Under the pieces are notes generated by a model that ran no database searches, was not told the origin of the DNA, and saw only the letters and a list, made by a program, of their open reading frames with translations. This document shows, piece by piece, positions 27,446-38,012 of a stretch of 64,000 bases of DNA. Source of the stretch: Escherichia coli. GTDB lineage: Bacteria > Pseudomonadota > Gammaproteobacteria > Enterobacterales > Enterobacteriaceae. The position numbers were made by a program, and so were the translations under genes. Where the stretch lies: assembly GCF_965641715.1 (NCBI RefSeq), contig NZ_OZ282455.1; one strand, given 5' to 3'. Each line of letters begins with the position of its first letter. Positions within the stretch are counted from its first letter, which is position 1.

Positions 27446-27494
27446 CGATATTTTAATGCGATTGAGTGTTTATGGCAAGGTTGTTTTATTAAAA

Positions 27495-29732
27495 TTATCC
27501 TTTTATTCCATCTTTATTATCATCCTTTGTGACATTTTTTAGTCTGTCCTCTCTAACTCCAGGGCTGTGTCTAATATTTCTATTAGAACCTGCAAAAATA
27601 TCTTTTACTGATGAGGTGAGGTTGCCAAGAGTATTTACACCATCTCTACCACCCAAGAAATTGATAACATGGTCAGGAAGATATGCTTGTAAAGCAAATA
27701 TTGCAGCTACAGACGTTGTACACATACGGGCGTAAATTAGCAGGAACCCGGCAAGGCTGAATATCCCTGTTAATGATTTTACCTGTACGTTAACTAGTGC
27801 TGCGCCAAACAGTGAGTTTAATATTGTGCCGACGGCAATGATGGCGACAGAGGCAAAAAAGAAACCGAATACCATGAGAGGTGGTCTTATCATGCTGTCA
27901 ATTAAGTATATATATCCGTAAGCTGCTCGACTTCCTCTGTCCTCTGATGTTCCTAGATGTGTTGCTGCCCACAGAGGCCCGGCGGTGCATCCTATTAATA
28001 CGCTTACTATCCAGTTCCCAATGCCTGTCATCCAGAAAATGAATGGTATAAATGGTAGGTAAATTGATAAGGAAAAACCCGCACAAAACAACAGGAACAA
28101 CAAGAAATATATTGGGGGAGCTGCAGCATCCAGCAGAGCAACAAATCCTTTAGGTAATCCAGAGAACAAATTAACAGCCTTTCCGAAAATAGAGTTATCA
28201 CCCATTGTCGCGAGAACTCTGACAGTTGTATATCCTGTCCAGAGAATTTCTGTTGTACCCAATGTATAATCGCCGATGTTTTTCATCTTAATTAATGGGT
28301 TAACTTGGTTGCTGGTTGTTCCTGTTCCTGACCATTCAGTAGCAGCTTGGTTTGTCCATTTTAATATGGTTGGCGCTATACTTTTCATGACCACACTTTG
28401 TGGGTCTGTGCTATTAGCTGCATTACTTTCATCTTGAGTTGTTATCGTTCCTATCGTTGGAGTATATGTGGAGTTCTGCAATTGAGTCTTGTATGCCCCC
28501 ATAACAGCACTAAATAAATCAGTATCGCCAACTTCCCCAAGTGATGACATTGAAGTTACAGCTGGAGCTCGGTCTGCCAGCTCTGCCAGACGTTGGTTAG
28601 CAGTGGCAAAGGTCTGATACCACGCGCCAAGCGTCACCCATCCATAGGTTGTGAGATAAGACTTGAGAGCTTCTTTCCTGGATTGTTCTCCGTTATCAAT
28701 AGGTAATGATTTTTGTACAGCACGTTCATACTCGTCGGCTGCTCTCTGAATCCGTGTCTCGATATCCGGCAATGTTCCGTTGCCAGAATTTCTTTTTTCC
28801 AGAAATGTTGTCACAAACTCACTGGCAGCGTTGTCCATGTCGCTAATCATATTATCCATGGCTGCACGTTGTGCTGAGATAACACCGCTGTATTCGTTTT
28901 TACTGAAGGGATTAAAGAATTTTCCAATCGTCGATTGATCTGTTGTTCCGTTTCCTTCTACTGACAGGCTGGCTGAACCACAGATACCGCTGCCATTGGA
29001 TACCGTGACAGTGTAATTACCACTGGCGGTTTTAGCTGATTCTGTCATCAGTGAAGTCGAGGATTTGACCGTCTGATTAAAATCATTTAGTCCTGCGTTA
29101 ACCGCATACTTACACAGTTCCATTTCAAAAATGCCACGCGCTGCTGTTCGTGTGGATGCCTGAACTGGCTGTACAGTCATTGAATAACCATTTGCGATAT
29201 TATCAGCGGCAAGTTGCACCATCACATTGGCGGACCCAACCCCCATTATCGATGCGCCCCATAACATAATGAGCTGAGCGATACTCCAGCCATTTCCGGT
29301 TGGAACGATCATCAGAAAACCTGCAACGACACTCAGTGTGCCGACGATATCGCGTCCGGTGCTGAATACCTGTCCCTGATGCCCCGAACGCACAACATGA
29401 CGGATACCAATGAACATAAACCAGACAACGGCAAGTACGGCGATGATACTGTTGAACGCCCCGAACATGCTTCCGATCAGAGTGGGGGCGCTGGTTGACA
29501 GTGGATTGGTGACTACATCACCGAATATCGTGACCAGCGCCTGACGGGACAGATCGTCAGGATTGGTTGCGGCAGACACAATATCCTGATAGGTCACTGA
29601 AGCCATTGCCGGCAGTGAGGATATAGCAAGGCCTGCACAGAGTGCGCGAAGTAAAATTTTCACAGTAACTCCGGAATAGAATTGCGTATGGGCAAAGGCC
29701 ACACAGGATTTAATTAAGGGGGATGGCGACAT
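27495..29732 (-). CDS. traY: conjugal transfer integral membrane protein TraY
   Basis: 745 aa polytopic membrane protein; size and position match R64 TraY. Confidence 0.85.
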   Translation of the reverse strand: MSPSPLIKSCVAFAHTQFYSGVTVKILLRALCAGLAISSLPAMASVTYQDIVSAATNPDDLSRQALVTIFGDVVTNPLSTSAPTLIGSMFGAFNSIIAVLAVVWFMFIGIRHVVRSGHQGQVFSTGRDIVGTLSVVAGFLMIVPTGNGWSIAQLIMLWGASIMGVGSANVMVQLAADNIANGYSMTVQPVQASTRTAARGIFEMELCKYAVNAGLNDFNQTVKSSTSLMTESAKTASGNYTVTVSNGSGICGSASLSVEGNGTTDQSTIGKFFNPFSKNEYSGVISAQRAAMDNMISDMDNAASEFVTTFLEKRNSGNGTLPDIETRIQRAADEYERAVQKSLPIDNGEQSRKEALKSYLTTYGWVTLGAWYQTFATANQRLAELADRAPAVTSMSSLGEVGDTDLFSAVMGAYKTQLQNSTYTPTIGTITTQDESNAANSTDPQSVVMKSIAPTILKWTNQAATEWSGTGTTSNQVNPLIKMKNIGDYTLGTTEILWTGYTTVRVLATMGDNSIFGKAVNLFSGLPKGFVALLDAAAPPIYFLLFLLFCAGFSLSIYLPFIPFIFWMTGIGNWIVSVLIGCTAGPLWAATHLGTSEDRGSRAAYGYIYLIDSMIRPPLMVFGFFFASVAIIAVGTILNSLFGAALVNVQVKSLTGIFSLAGFLLIYARMCTTSVAAIFALQAYLPDHVINFLGGRDGVNTLGNLTSSVKDIFAGSNRNIRHSPGVREDRLKNVTKDDNKDGIKG

Positions 29733-29759
29733 GCCAGTGGTACTGGCATCTGGACGTGA

Positions 29760-30344
29760 TCAGTATTGTTTACTGGTTACGGCAATTAATGTGGCATTGC
29801 GCCAGCCATTGCGGTCGTTCAGAAAATCACGGAAAGTCCCCTGCTCGGGTTCGCTGACTTTTCGTTCATGCAACTGCCAGAGGCGGTATGTAACAATCAG
29901 TGCTCTGGAAGCACAAAGAGCGACGCCTGACAGTATCAACACAAGAGTGCTGATGGCGCGTACCAGAGTCGTAAGAGGTAATGAAGAGGCGGCAAAGAGC
30001 ATACCACTGAGAAACAAAGCGATGGCCAGCAGACTCCAGCAACAGAATCGCCATACTGTTCTGCGCCGGCGGAAACGACGATCCAGATCGTCTACTGACA
30101 TATGGCTGGCCTGCAGAGCTTCTTCCCACGTGAGGTGGAGTTGCGCCTTTTTATTATTTACCTGACGAAATCTGTCCAGCCTGCGTTTTTGTTGTTCCAG
30201 CATATGCTGTACAGAATTCGTTATCAGGCGAGTCTCCATCAGAGGAACAAAAATGTTAATAATCCCCCGGGTGGCTATGCGGGTTATGGATGGTGATTTT
30301 TTGACGTTTTTCGTCTGGTCTGAATTTTCCGGTAACTTATTCAT
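29760..30344 (-). CDS. traX: conjugal transfer protein TraX
   Basis: 194 aa with TM segments; synteny. Confidence 0.7.
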   Translation of the reverse strand: MNKLPENSDQTKNVKKSPSITRIATRGIINIFVPLMETRLITNSVQHMLEQQKRRLDRFRQVNNKKAQLHLTWEEALQASHMSVDDLDRRFRRRRTVWRFCCWSLLAIALFLSGMLFAASSLPLTTLVRAISTLVLILSGVALCASRALIVTYRLWQLHERKVSEPEQGTFRDFLNDRNGWRNATLIAVTSKQY

Positions 30345-30372
30345 TTTTTCAGTCCTGTTCTGACGTCAGCTT

Positions 30373-31575
30373 TCAACGTGCGTTTGCCTGATTGATTGTT
30401 TTCTCAAGGCTACCGAGTTGTTTTTCATAATACTGGCGGGCGGTCAGAGCCAGTTGCTGTCCAGAGATGACATTACCCTGGCGGATCTGTTCTTTCAGGT
30501 CGTTCAGTTGCCAGTTCATTTGCGCAGTGATTCTTACCAGTTCACGGAGCAGGTTATCTCCCTGCATTTCCTGTAAATCCACCAGGTATGCTGTGTTGGC
30601 GTAGCGCCGGCCAGCCTCAAAAGCTTCAAACTCACGGGTACTCATATATCCCCGTGCTTTTGCTTCTGGTGAAGCCACCTGGTCGAAGTAAGCGGCCGCT
30701 GAGTCTGACTGCAGTGTTTCAGCCAGTGCTTTACGTGTGCTTTCATTAGGCGTGCTGTCAGCAATCAGCGTCAGTTGGGGATTCGACGCAGAATCAATGA
30801 TGCCGTTGTATTCGTTCTGGAGTCCGACGTAGGTTCGCCCACTCTGGGTATTCACTTCTCCTTTACCCAGAGCACGACCGGCAGAGGGGCGGGAAGTGTT
30901 TTTCATGTAAGCCGTCGCTGCATCTATTTGCTTCTGATCCCATGTCAGTGCTGCAGGTGTGTCCGCTGTACCTGCGCCGTGGTAAATCGAGCGTACCTGA
31001 CTGTCTCCACCTGGTATTTCGCCCACAGAAGGACAAACGGCGGTTCCTCCAAAACGTGCATATTCTGCTTCTGTACAGTAACTGGCGTGTATGGCCGCGC
31101 CATCATAAGCTTCCCGCACGGGAGAGTTTGCTGCGCTGGCCAGACGGTCGCGGATGCTACGGTTGCTCACACCGCCACCTTTACTGAGTTTTGAGGCTGC
31201 GGATGCTGAGGCACTTTTGCTTTCTGTTGCAATCCCTGATGCGGATTCACTGCAGATGGAGTCTGGCACGGTGAAGCTTTTCCGTGCCTCCTCGAGGCGC
31301 TGAGTTTCATTACTGAAAATCATCTGCTGACGTGTCGCCTGTCCGTTCTGGGCAATGACACTTGCCAGCTTTTCAGAGTTCTGATTGATAGCGGTACCCG
31401 TGGCTGTCTGGGTACTCAGTATGTTGCCAAGGACATCTTTGATGGCTTCCATTCTGGGGATGACCTGCTCTTCAACAGGCCGGCTGGCGACGACGGTGAC
31501 TGAATAAGCATGAGCCTGGCATGCCGTTCCACTCAGGGTGGCTATAAGGGCTGCGAGTAATGTTTTTCTTTGCAT
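30373..31575 (-). CDS. traW: conjugal transfer protein TraW
   Basis: 400 aa with signal peptide; synteny. Confidence 0.7.
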   Translation of the reverse strand: MQRKTLLAALIATLSGTACQAHAYSVTVVASRPVEEQVIPRMEAIKDVLGNILSTQTATGTAINQNSEKLASVIAQNGQATRQQMIFSNETQRLEEARKSFTVPDSICSESASGIATESKSASASAASKLSKGGGVSNRSIRDRLASAANSPVREAYDGAAIHASYCTEAEYARFGGTAVCPSVGEIPGGDSQVRSIYHGAGTADTPAALTWDQKQIDAATAYMKNTSRPSAGRALGKGEVNTQSGRTYVGLQNEYNGIIDSASNPQLTLIADSTPNESTRKALAETLQSDSAAAYFDQVASPEAKARGYMSTREFEAFEAGRRYANTAYLVDLQEMQGDNLLRELVRITAQMNWQLNDLKEQIRQGNVISGQQLALTARQYYEKQLGSLEKTINQANAR

Positions 31576-32156
31576 TTTATTGTCTCCTGCTCGGGATGGA
31601 GCACAAGGTCAGGAAGGCTGTCGTATTTTCTGTTTTCAGGTAGTGGGGCCAGTGGGAAACACTGAAATCGCCTGGTGATATAACCTTTCCTGTTCCGGTT
31701 ATCGATGATGCTGAAAGAACGACGTCTGACGCGCCGTAAGGTGGAAGGGTCAGTATCCATAACAGGCCAGTCACCGGCACTCAGTGCCGGCGTTCCGGGA
31801 ACGGATGGCCATAACCAGGTATCATCGGACATCAGCGAAGCCAGCGGTGAAGGGAGTATCCACTGGATGACATGCTGAACGTCGAATGGTGCTTCATCCG
31901 GGACAGAAACCTGCCATATTGCCGTTGTTATCAGCTCATCTGTGCTGGACGGCAACAACAACCGCATGCCTGTAACCTTTCCCTGTGTTCTGGCATCCGA
32001 GGCGTATATCACTCTGGGATTGGGGGCCGGATGTAATCTGAAGACACGTGACGGCAGAGTGAATGAGAAACTGTCACCTTTTACCTCAAGTTTTTTAAGA
32101 AATACCTGCCCTCTGGCAGGTCTCCGGCAGCGTGGGGTGATATGAATTGTACACAT
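31542..32156 (-). CDS. traV: conjugal transfer protein TraV
   Basis: 204 aa; overlaps traW start; synteny. Confidence 0.7.
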   Translation of the reverse strand: MCTIHITPRCRRPARGQVFLKKLEVKGDSFSFTLPSRVFRLHPAPNPRVIYASDARTQGKVTGMRLLLPSSTDELITTAIWQVSVPDEAPFDVQHVIQWILPSPLASLMSDDTWLWPSVPGTPALSAGDWPVMDTDPSTLRRVRRRSFSIIDNRNRKGYITRRFQCFPLAPLPENRKYDSLPDLVLHPEQETIKCKEKHYSQPL

Positions 32157-35100
32157 CAGAGATTGTATCCCTGTTTTCGGATGAGCTCCGAGGCCAGTTC
32201 TTCAATAACATTGTCACTGTTATGTTGGCCCGCCCGGTGCTCAATTAATGACGTTGCAGAACCTCTGGGGAAGTTTTCGGCCAGAATCTTACGTGCCCGA
32301 ACTGAACCTAACTTATTTGTCAGTGTTTTACGCAGGGCACTGTCTTTTGGCGATGAGTTCAGCGCCCATAGCTCCAGTGGACCGACGGTAAATTTGAGTA
32401 TTCTCGCAAGCGTGCCACTTTTTACCCTGAATACTCCCAGAACAGGAACACCACTACCATCTGGTGCCGGGCCTTCCGGCATTTTCAGGAAGCGTTTCAG
32501 CATAAATTCAGGAACGTTGAAGTTATCCCTCAGTACGGGGATATCTTCGGGTTTGTAGCGCAGTAACCAGAGAGTATTTGCTGACTTAAGAACGCTTTCC
32601 GGGTAGTCCCTCAGATACTGCGTACTCAGAACCGTGCGGATAGCAAACTTGCGTTGCTCACGCTCCTGGGTATCCAGATTTTCCCAGATGAAGTCAATGC
32701 CCCGGGCGTTATGCAGTTCATCATAAACTTTTGTCTTAACCTCCTGATCAAGTTGGTTAATACGTTTAAGAGCGATTTCATGGTATTCCCGTGGAAGCTG
32801 CTTTAACACTTCATCCCTGTATTGTGGCAGGGTGAAGTCACCACCGGCGATCTGACCTGCAAGCAGGTACATGATGCCGGTTTTAAGCCTGCCTGCAGGC
32901 GTTTTGTCACCGGCAACATTATTCAGATCGACAGCGATGACCCGGGTTTCCGGGTTGATCATAAACCGGGTATACCCGGATATCATGGGGTAGTCGTTAT
33001 GTCCCTGCTCCAGGGCGCGGCGGATGTAGTCCAGCAGAAGCTCGTTTGAACCATCACGCTGAACAGTACCGAAAACATCCCTGAGACTGGTATGGCCCAG
33101 CATCGAGGACACTTCGGGAAGCTGGGGCATTGCCTGATAATGTGCCCGCTGAGCCGCCATGATATACCCGGCATTGTGGAGCATATCCCGGACTTCAAAC
33201 CAGGTTGATCTGGCCCACCAGGCTGCATCATGTTTTTCATACAGTCCCGAGTCCTGCAGTGCTGAATCCACCAGTTCTTCCGTTGAGGCGCGATAAAGTC
33301 GCGGATTATTTTCACCGTACTCTTTAAAAGCCAGCTCGATAAGCTGGTTGATAATTTGTCGGGTGTCTCCGGGGTTACAGGGTTGACCGGTACCGGTATC
33401 GACACAGAGAGCACACAGCACCGATGACATGAAATTCTTTTCCGGCGTAATAGGCTTTTTAGCGCCGTACATCACGTCAAAAAGGTTACGGGTGTAGTCC
33501 GGATCATTGCTCAGAATAATACCGACAGCTTCGTCTTTTCTTTCCTGAGGAAGACTGTCGCGAATAAGCTGAACCAGTCCCTGAGCACTGTATCCCTTAT
33601 CGATATAGGCAATGAAGGGCAGGTTTTTCTGAGCAGATGATATCTGTATTTCCGACAACGTATTAATCAGAACTGATTTACCCAGTCCCGGATCGCCTGG
33701 TGCCAGTTCTGTATGTTTATTTTGTTGGGATGACGCCAGACCAACCTCAAATGCGGAACCGTCTTCTGTATGTAACATCAGATTCCCTTTGCCTCGCCAG
33801 ACAGAGCCTGCCCTGTTAAGCGGGAAAAGCGAGATGGCATGTGACAACGGGGGATACAGGGGAACCGGGCCGGAGCCTCCGGATGCCGCGAGAATGGTAT
33901 TCACCCAGGCGCGTCGGGGATCGCCAAATGTTGTCGTGGTGCCACATACGCCCCAGCCTTCAATGGCCGATTTCAGAATGGCCTGGTTTCGTGTGCATAT
34001 TTCACGTGTTTTTCCCCACGTGGAGGCCATGATGGTCATTATGCAGACAGGTTCTTTTTCATCCGTTGCCGCCAGGGTCATAACGGATTCATACATTGGA
34101 CGAACGGCAGAAATGAAGCTGCTGTAAGTCAGAAGCGTTTTCTTCAGATTAAGAGCCTTCATCCCGCCGGGCATCAGATCCATTCTGATGCGCCAGGGGA
34201 CTGCGCGGGGGACGGCACGGACCAGTTCGTTAAACGTCTGCAGATTTTGCGGAGGTAAAGTAATCGATACCATTCCGTGCCAGAGTCCACCCGCCTGAAC
34301 CAGGTTGCCCTGTGTGGTCACCTGAGTGTTGAATAACTGCAAATGCAATGAAGGAGCATGTAGTACGGATTCATCGTCAGTCCAGCGATATCCCGCTGGC
34401 TGGGCATCTTCAGGCAGGTGGGGTTGCCAGTTACGCGGTGTGCTGTGCCGTTCTGTCTGACGACGTATTTCACGCCCGACCTCGTGTATATCCAGTAGCC
34501 GGAGAATCAGGCCATCAGATGAATGTCTCAGTGCCTGTTCCACATTATCAAGAAAAGCTTCGTGGCGGATTTTCAGTGCAGATAAGGTCCACTGCCAGGG
34601 GGACTGGGCAAAGCGTGCTTTCGGTACCCGTTCAGCCAGTCTTCTGACAAGCTCATCATGGGCGGTGCGATCGCTGTTGCTGATAAGGTCGGGTCCACTC
34701 CAGATCGCCAGCCAGCAACGCTCCCGGACCAGCCATGGGGACAGTGTTGTGACTTTCTCATCGACCACATCCTGTAACTGGATACCTGTATTAGCCAGTG
34801 AGCGCTTTTGTGGGGCGACCATGTCTTCGATTTCTTCTTTCCCCATGTCAGGATCACGCTCAAAAACGAAGCTGATTTTATGACCGCTGTTTTTATATGC
34901 CGTATTCAGGCTGTCACTCATGCTGGTGATCAGCGATTCCAGTGAACCTGGGCCAGTCTGGTCGGATGCTTCATCCATTTCCCTGAAAGCACCGCTGACT
35001 TCAAAGACAGAGAGATATTCTCCACGCTTTGTGGCTGCAATATAGGGCGAATTCAGCCATGGGCGACGTTCACGATCCTGTCTGTCCAGACCTATTACAG

Positions 35101-35293
35101 TACGTAAATCGCAATACTCAACAAAACTGCTTGCGACAGAGAAACGGGATAGCGTGTTCAGACAGTCTTCGATAGTGAAGATTAAACGGTTTATGTTCAT
35201 AGGTGAGGGAACTCCGGACTTACAGGAGGGAGGTTTGTGCAGTTTGATTTTTTTAATGCCACCCCGCGCTGGAGTGGCATGAAGAAAAATCAA
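32156..35293 (-). CDS. traU: conjugal transfer ATPase TraU
   Basis: 1045 aa; Walker A-like GDPGLGKS; synteny. Confidence 0.8.
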   Translation of the reverse strand: MIFLHATPARGGIKKIKLHKPPSCKSGVPSPMNINRLIFTIEDCLNTLSRFSVASSFVEYCDLRTVIGLDRQDRERRPWLNSPYIAATKRGEYLSVFEVSGAFREMDEASDQTGPGSLESLITSMSDSLNTAYKNSGHKISFVFERDPDMGKEEIEDMVAPQKRSLANTGIQLQDVVDEKVTTLSPWLVRERCWLAIWSGPDLISNSDRTAHDELVRRLAERVPKARFAQSPWQWTLSALKIRHEAFLDNVEQALRHSSDGLILRLLDIHEVGREIRRQTERHSTPRNWQPHLPEDAQPAGYRWTDDESVLHAPSLHLQLFNTQVTTQGNLVQAGGLWHGMVSITLPPQNLQTFNELVRAVPRAVPWRIRMDLMPGGMKALNLKKTLLTYSSFISAVRPMYESVMTLAATDEKEPVCIMTIMASTWGKTREICTRNQAILKSAIEGWGVCGTTTTFGDPRRAWVNTILAASGGSGPVPLYPPLSHAISLFPLNRAGSVWRGKGNLMLHTEDGSAFEVGLASSQQNKHTELAPGDPGLGKSVLINTLSEIQISSAQKNLPFIAYIDKGYSAQGLVQLIRDSLPQERKDEAVGIILSNDPDYTRNLFDVMYGAKKPITPEKNFMSSVLCALCVDTGTGQPCNPGDTRQIINQLIELAFKEYGENNPRLYRASTEELVDSALQDSGLYEKHDAAWWARSTWFEVRDMLHNAGYIMAAQRAHYQAMPQLPEVSSMLGHTSLRDVFGTVQRDGSNELLLDYIRRALEQGHNDYPMISGYTRFMINPETRVIAVDLNNVAGDKTPAGRLKTGIMYLLAGQIAGGDFTLPQYRDEVLKQLPREYHEIALKRINQLDQEVKTKVYDELHNARGIDFIWENLDTQEREQRKFAIRTVLSTQYLRDYPESVLKSANTLWLLRYKPEDIPVLRDNFNVPEFMLKRFLKMPEGPAPDGSGVPVLGVFRVKSGTLARILKFTVGPLELWALNSSPKDSALRKTLTNKLGSVRARKILAENFPRGSATSLIEHRAGQHNSDNVIEELASELIRKQGYNL

Positions 35294-36090
35294 TCAACGT
35301 ATTCTTTTTTGATGAATGAATCTGGTGTCAGAATCAGGGCAATCCCGTTCATTTTTTCACGCAGGGGCGAACGACCGGAAGGTGGATAGCGACGAAAAAC
35401 GTCAGCGAAATCGGCCGGGCGGAAACTGCGGAATTTATCCTCAACCGCCAGTCTGTTTTGCATCAGTGCAGAGAGCGCTTCCCGTCCCCGCCGGACCCGG
35501 AACTTATCATTACTGAAAACTTCCTGTAATGAACGACGGTTAAGGGCCACGACCGTGGATGGATGAAGGTCGGGTAGCCACACCATAACGCCCTGTGCTG
35601 CGGCATAACCATTCAGTGAATGCCAGGCGTGGCAGAAAGCACATAAGCTGTAAGGCGGGCCGTCTTCATGAAACAGTTCCTGCTCTTTCTCTGACAACGA
35701 CTCTGTACTGGTGATTTCAGCTTTCTGTACATGGCGGAGTGAAAGACGTCTGGCAGACAGACGGGCCTGCTCAAGCGCCCGTTCAGCGGCTTTTACTGCC
35801 GTGTTGTACTTTTCCTTTTCGCCGGTTGCGACTGGTTCACCACGCTTTTTTAACTTATCCAGATGTTCTGTGGCCTTATTAAGACGAACTCGTGTGTCAC
35901 TGATTGTGTCGGTAAGCTGTCTGAGTGGCCATGAGTCATCCAGTCTGAAACGGTGCCTGACGTTTTGCCGGCAGCAGATACATCGACCGGGCGTTGTTAA
36001 TTCCGGTTCCGGTAACAGTGGCTCCTGTGTATGAACCACATCAATTTCTGGAAAGGGATACAACCACAAGTCTTTAATGCTGTGTTGCAT
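35290..36090 (-). CDS. traT: conjugal transfer protein TraT
   Basis: 266 aa; synteny. Confidence 0.7.
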   Translation of the reverse strand: MQHSIKDLWLYPFPEIDVVHTQEPLLPEPELTTPGRCICCRQNVRHRFRLDDSWPLRQLTDTISDTRVRLNKATEHLDKLKKRGEPVATGEKEKYNTAVKAAERALEQARLSARRLSLRHVQKAEITSTESLSEKEQELFHEDGPPYSLCAFCHAWHSLNGYAAAQGVMVWLPDLHPSTVVALNRRSLQEVFSNDKFRVRRGREALSALMQNRLAVEDKFRSFRPADFADVFRRYPPSGRSPLREKMNGIALILTPDSFIKKEYVD

Positions 36091-36262
36091 GAGCAGGCTC
36101 CGTACTGGTGTAACGTTTCACGGCTTCCAGAATGATGTTTGCGATTTCATCGGAACAGCATTCTGCAAAAATGAATTCCTGATCGTCCCGACTGTCGTGG
36201 GCAATCACATTGCCGTTTTCTGTTCGTCGTAACGTTATGTGCTCCGGGCTCCAGGCAGACAT
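36074..36262 (-). CDS. traS: conjugal transfer protein TraS
   Basis: 62 aa; synteny. Confidence 0.55.
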   Translation of the reverse strand: MSAWSPEHITLRRTENGNVIAHDSRDDQEFIFAECCSDEIANIILEAVKRYTSTEPAHATQH

Positions 36263-36325
36263 ATGTGCCTCCTTGTATTGCCGAACAGGAAGGGCACCGG
36301 ATAAATGCCAGTGCCCTGGACAAGA

Positions 36326-36730
36326 TTAGCCAATGGAAATTGTGGAAATCCCCAGCTGTTTCTGGCTGCGACTCATCATTTCAGGTCCGGCGACAAGTAG
36401 CGCCCCAATGACGATAGATACAATGCAACCAGCCAGTCCCATCCCCCCTTGTTTCCCAACTTTTTTCAGGCCAATCAGGCCCCCGAGAAACAGAATTACG
36501 CCGATGAACTGCGCAATAGTCAGTGATGATGACTGTGCTGTTTTGGCACCTTGTTCGACATTGCGAACCATATCGGCAAGATCTCCATCGGCAAGAACGG
36601 CTTTGGGCAGCAACATCATGGGAATGAGCAGCAGGAACTTAGTCAGTTTGCTCCGGCATGACATTACAAACAGTTGTGCGTGGATAAATGCGGCGTACAG
36701 ACGGGCCGCTACGACACGAATACGTGACAT
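36326..36730 (-). CDS. traR: conjugal transfer membrane protein TraR
   Basis: 134 aa with TM segments; synteny. Confidence 0.65.
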   Translation of the reverse strand: MSRIRVVAARLYAAFIHAQLFVMSCRSKLTKFLLLIPMMLLPKAVLADGDLADMVRNVEQGAKTAQSSSLTIAQFIGVILFLGGLIGLKKVGKQGGMGLAGCIVSIVIGALLVAGPEMMSRSQKQLGISTISIG

Positions 36731-36780
36731 AGTTTCTCCTTAAATGGATATATCAGTGGTTTATATGAAGGTGAAAAAAA

Positions 36781-37308
36781 TCAGAAGACGATTCCAATGC
36801 TTGCCAGCAGGGCATTGAGGACACGATCGATAAAGACCAGCAGGACGCCGGCAATAAATTTGACGTTTCCCTTACTGACGGATTCACTGGCACTCAGTGC
36901 GGTATGTCCATCGAGTCCGGCCTTGCGCCAGATGGATATCCCGTTCATTACAAATCCAACACCGGCCAGCTTGGCCAGCGACAGAACTGCATTTGCTGCG
37001 CCAGCAGCAGCGCCAAACGTCTGAGGTTGTACATATGCAATCGGGCCAAATGAGTCAGCCCTGAATCCCATTTGTACGCCTCCGGCGTTAATCATTGCCG
37101 GGAGTGATACGAGCATGCAGCTGGTTAACATCCCCGCAATAAATTTTCCGGGAGACATTTTTACCGGACCGGCTGAACGGGCGCGGGCAAACAGGGTAAT
37201 CATGCTGATCACCCCGATGAATTCTCCCCAGGTAAACAGGAAATCCATTCCGGCACTGAAAATACTGCTGGCAAAGTTCTCAATGGCGGTCAGGGCATCC
37301 ATGTTCAT
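36781..37308 (-). CDS. traQ: conjugal transfer membrane protein TraQ
   Basis: 175 aa hydrophobic; synteny. Confidence 0.7.
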   Translation of the reverse strand: MNMDALTAIENFASSIFSAGMDFLFTWGEFIGVISMITLFARARSAGPVKMSPGKFIAGMLTSCMLVSLPAMINAGGVQMGFRADSFGPIAYVQPQTFGAAAGAANAVLSLAKLAGVGFVMNGISIWRKAGLDGHTALSASESVSKGNVKFIAGVLLVFIDRVLNALLASIGIVF

Positions 37309-38012
37309 CAGCGTAACGTCCCTGCACTGGTGATGATGGTCCGGGTCGTCGGATCAATCCGCTGGATCACCACATTGCCCAGAGTCTGACCTTCTCTGAC
37401 AGCCCAGGTACTACCCTGCCAGCGAATCCAGGCCATGCCAGTTTCCATCGACATGATTTTCATTCCGTTAAGTACAGACGACGTTTTTTTCTTTGCTGGA
37501 TGCGGTGTGGAAGAGGATTCGGTGACGCTTTTCTGTGTCATCATTCCGTTCAGGTGGCTCCGGATATCATCCAGCTGACGGCGCGTTTCCTGTGCGTATT
37601 CTTCATCCTTTTTTATAGCTTCGCCCAGCTTGTTAATGCTGTCGTGAAGCATATTCAGTGTTGCCTGAATTTTTTCATCGCGGTTATCCAGCTCTGTTTT
37701 TACATCCCGGGCAAGCTGGCTCATATCTTCTCCTGTCCGGACAGTCATGGTCTCAGTGGACTGAACGGAAGGTGATGATTCTTGTGTGGTTTGCCAGGTC
37801 TGTACGCCAGCATCCGCATCATTAAACGGAGGCATGCCTGTTTCCGATGGTGCTCTCAGGAACAGATACCATATGGCTGCGAGCAATACTACTGCACATA
37901 GCCCCCATGTTGCTACAGATATCCCCCAGACGGAACGTTTCCAGAAAGGGGCGGGTTTCTCTTCGGGTTCACCGAAGCTGCCGGTTTCATCTATTTCTGT
38001 TTCAGGTTTCAT
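37308..38012 (-). CDS. traP: conjugal transfer protein TraP
   Basis: 234 aa with N-terminal TM segment; synteny. Confidence 0.7.
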   Translation of the reverse strand: MKPETEIDETGSFGEPEEKPAPFWKRSVWGISVATWGLCAVVLLAAIWYLFLRAPSETGMPPFNDADAGVQTWQTTQESSPSVQSTETMTVRTGEDMSQLARDVKTELDNRDEKIQATLNMLHDSINKLGEAIKKDEEYAQETRRQLDDIRSHLNGMMTQKSVTESSSTPHPAKKKTSSVLNGMKIMSMETGMAWIRWQGSTWAVREGQTLGNVVIQRIDPTTRTIITSAGTLR

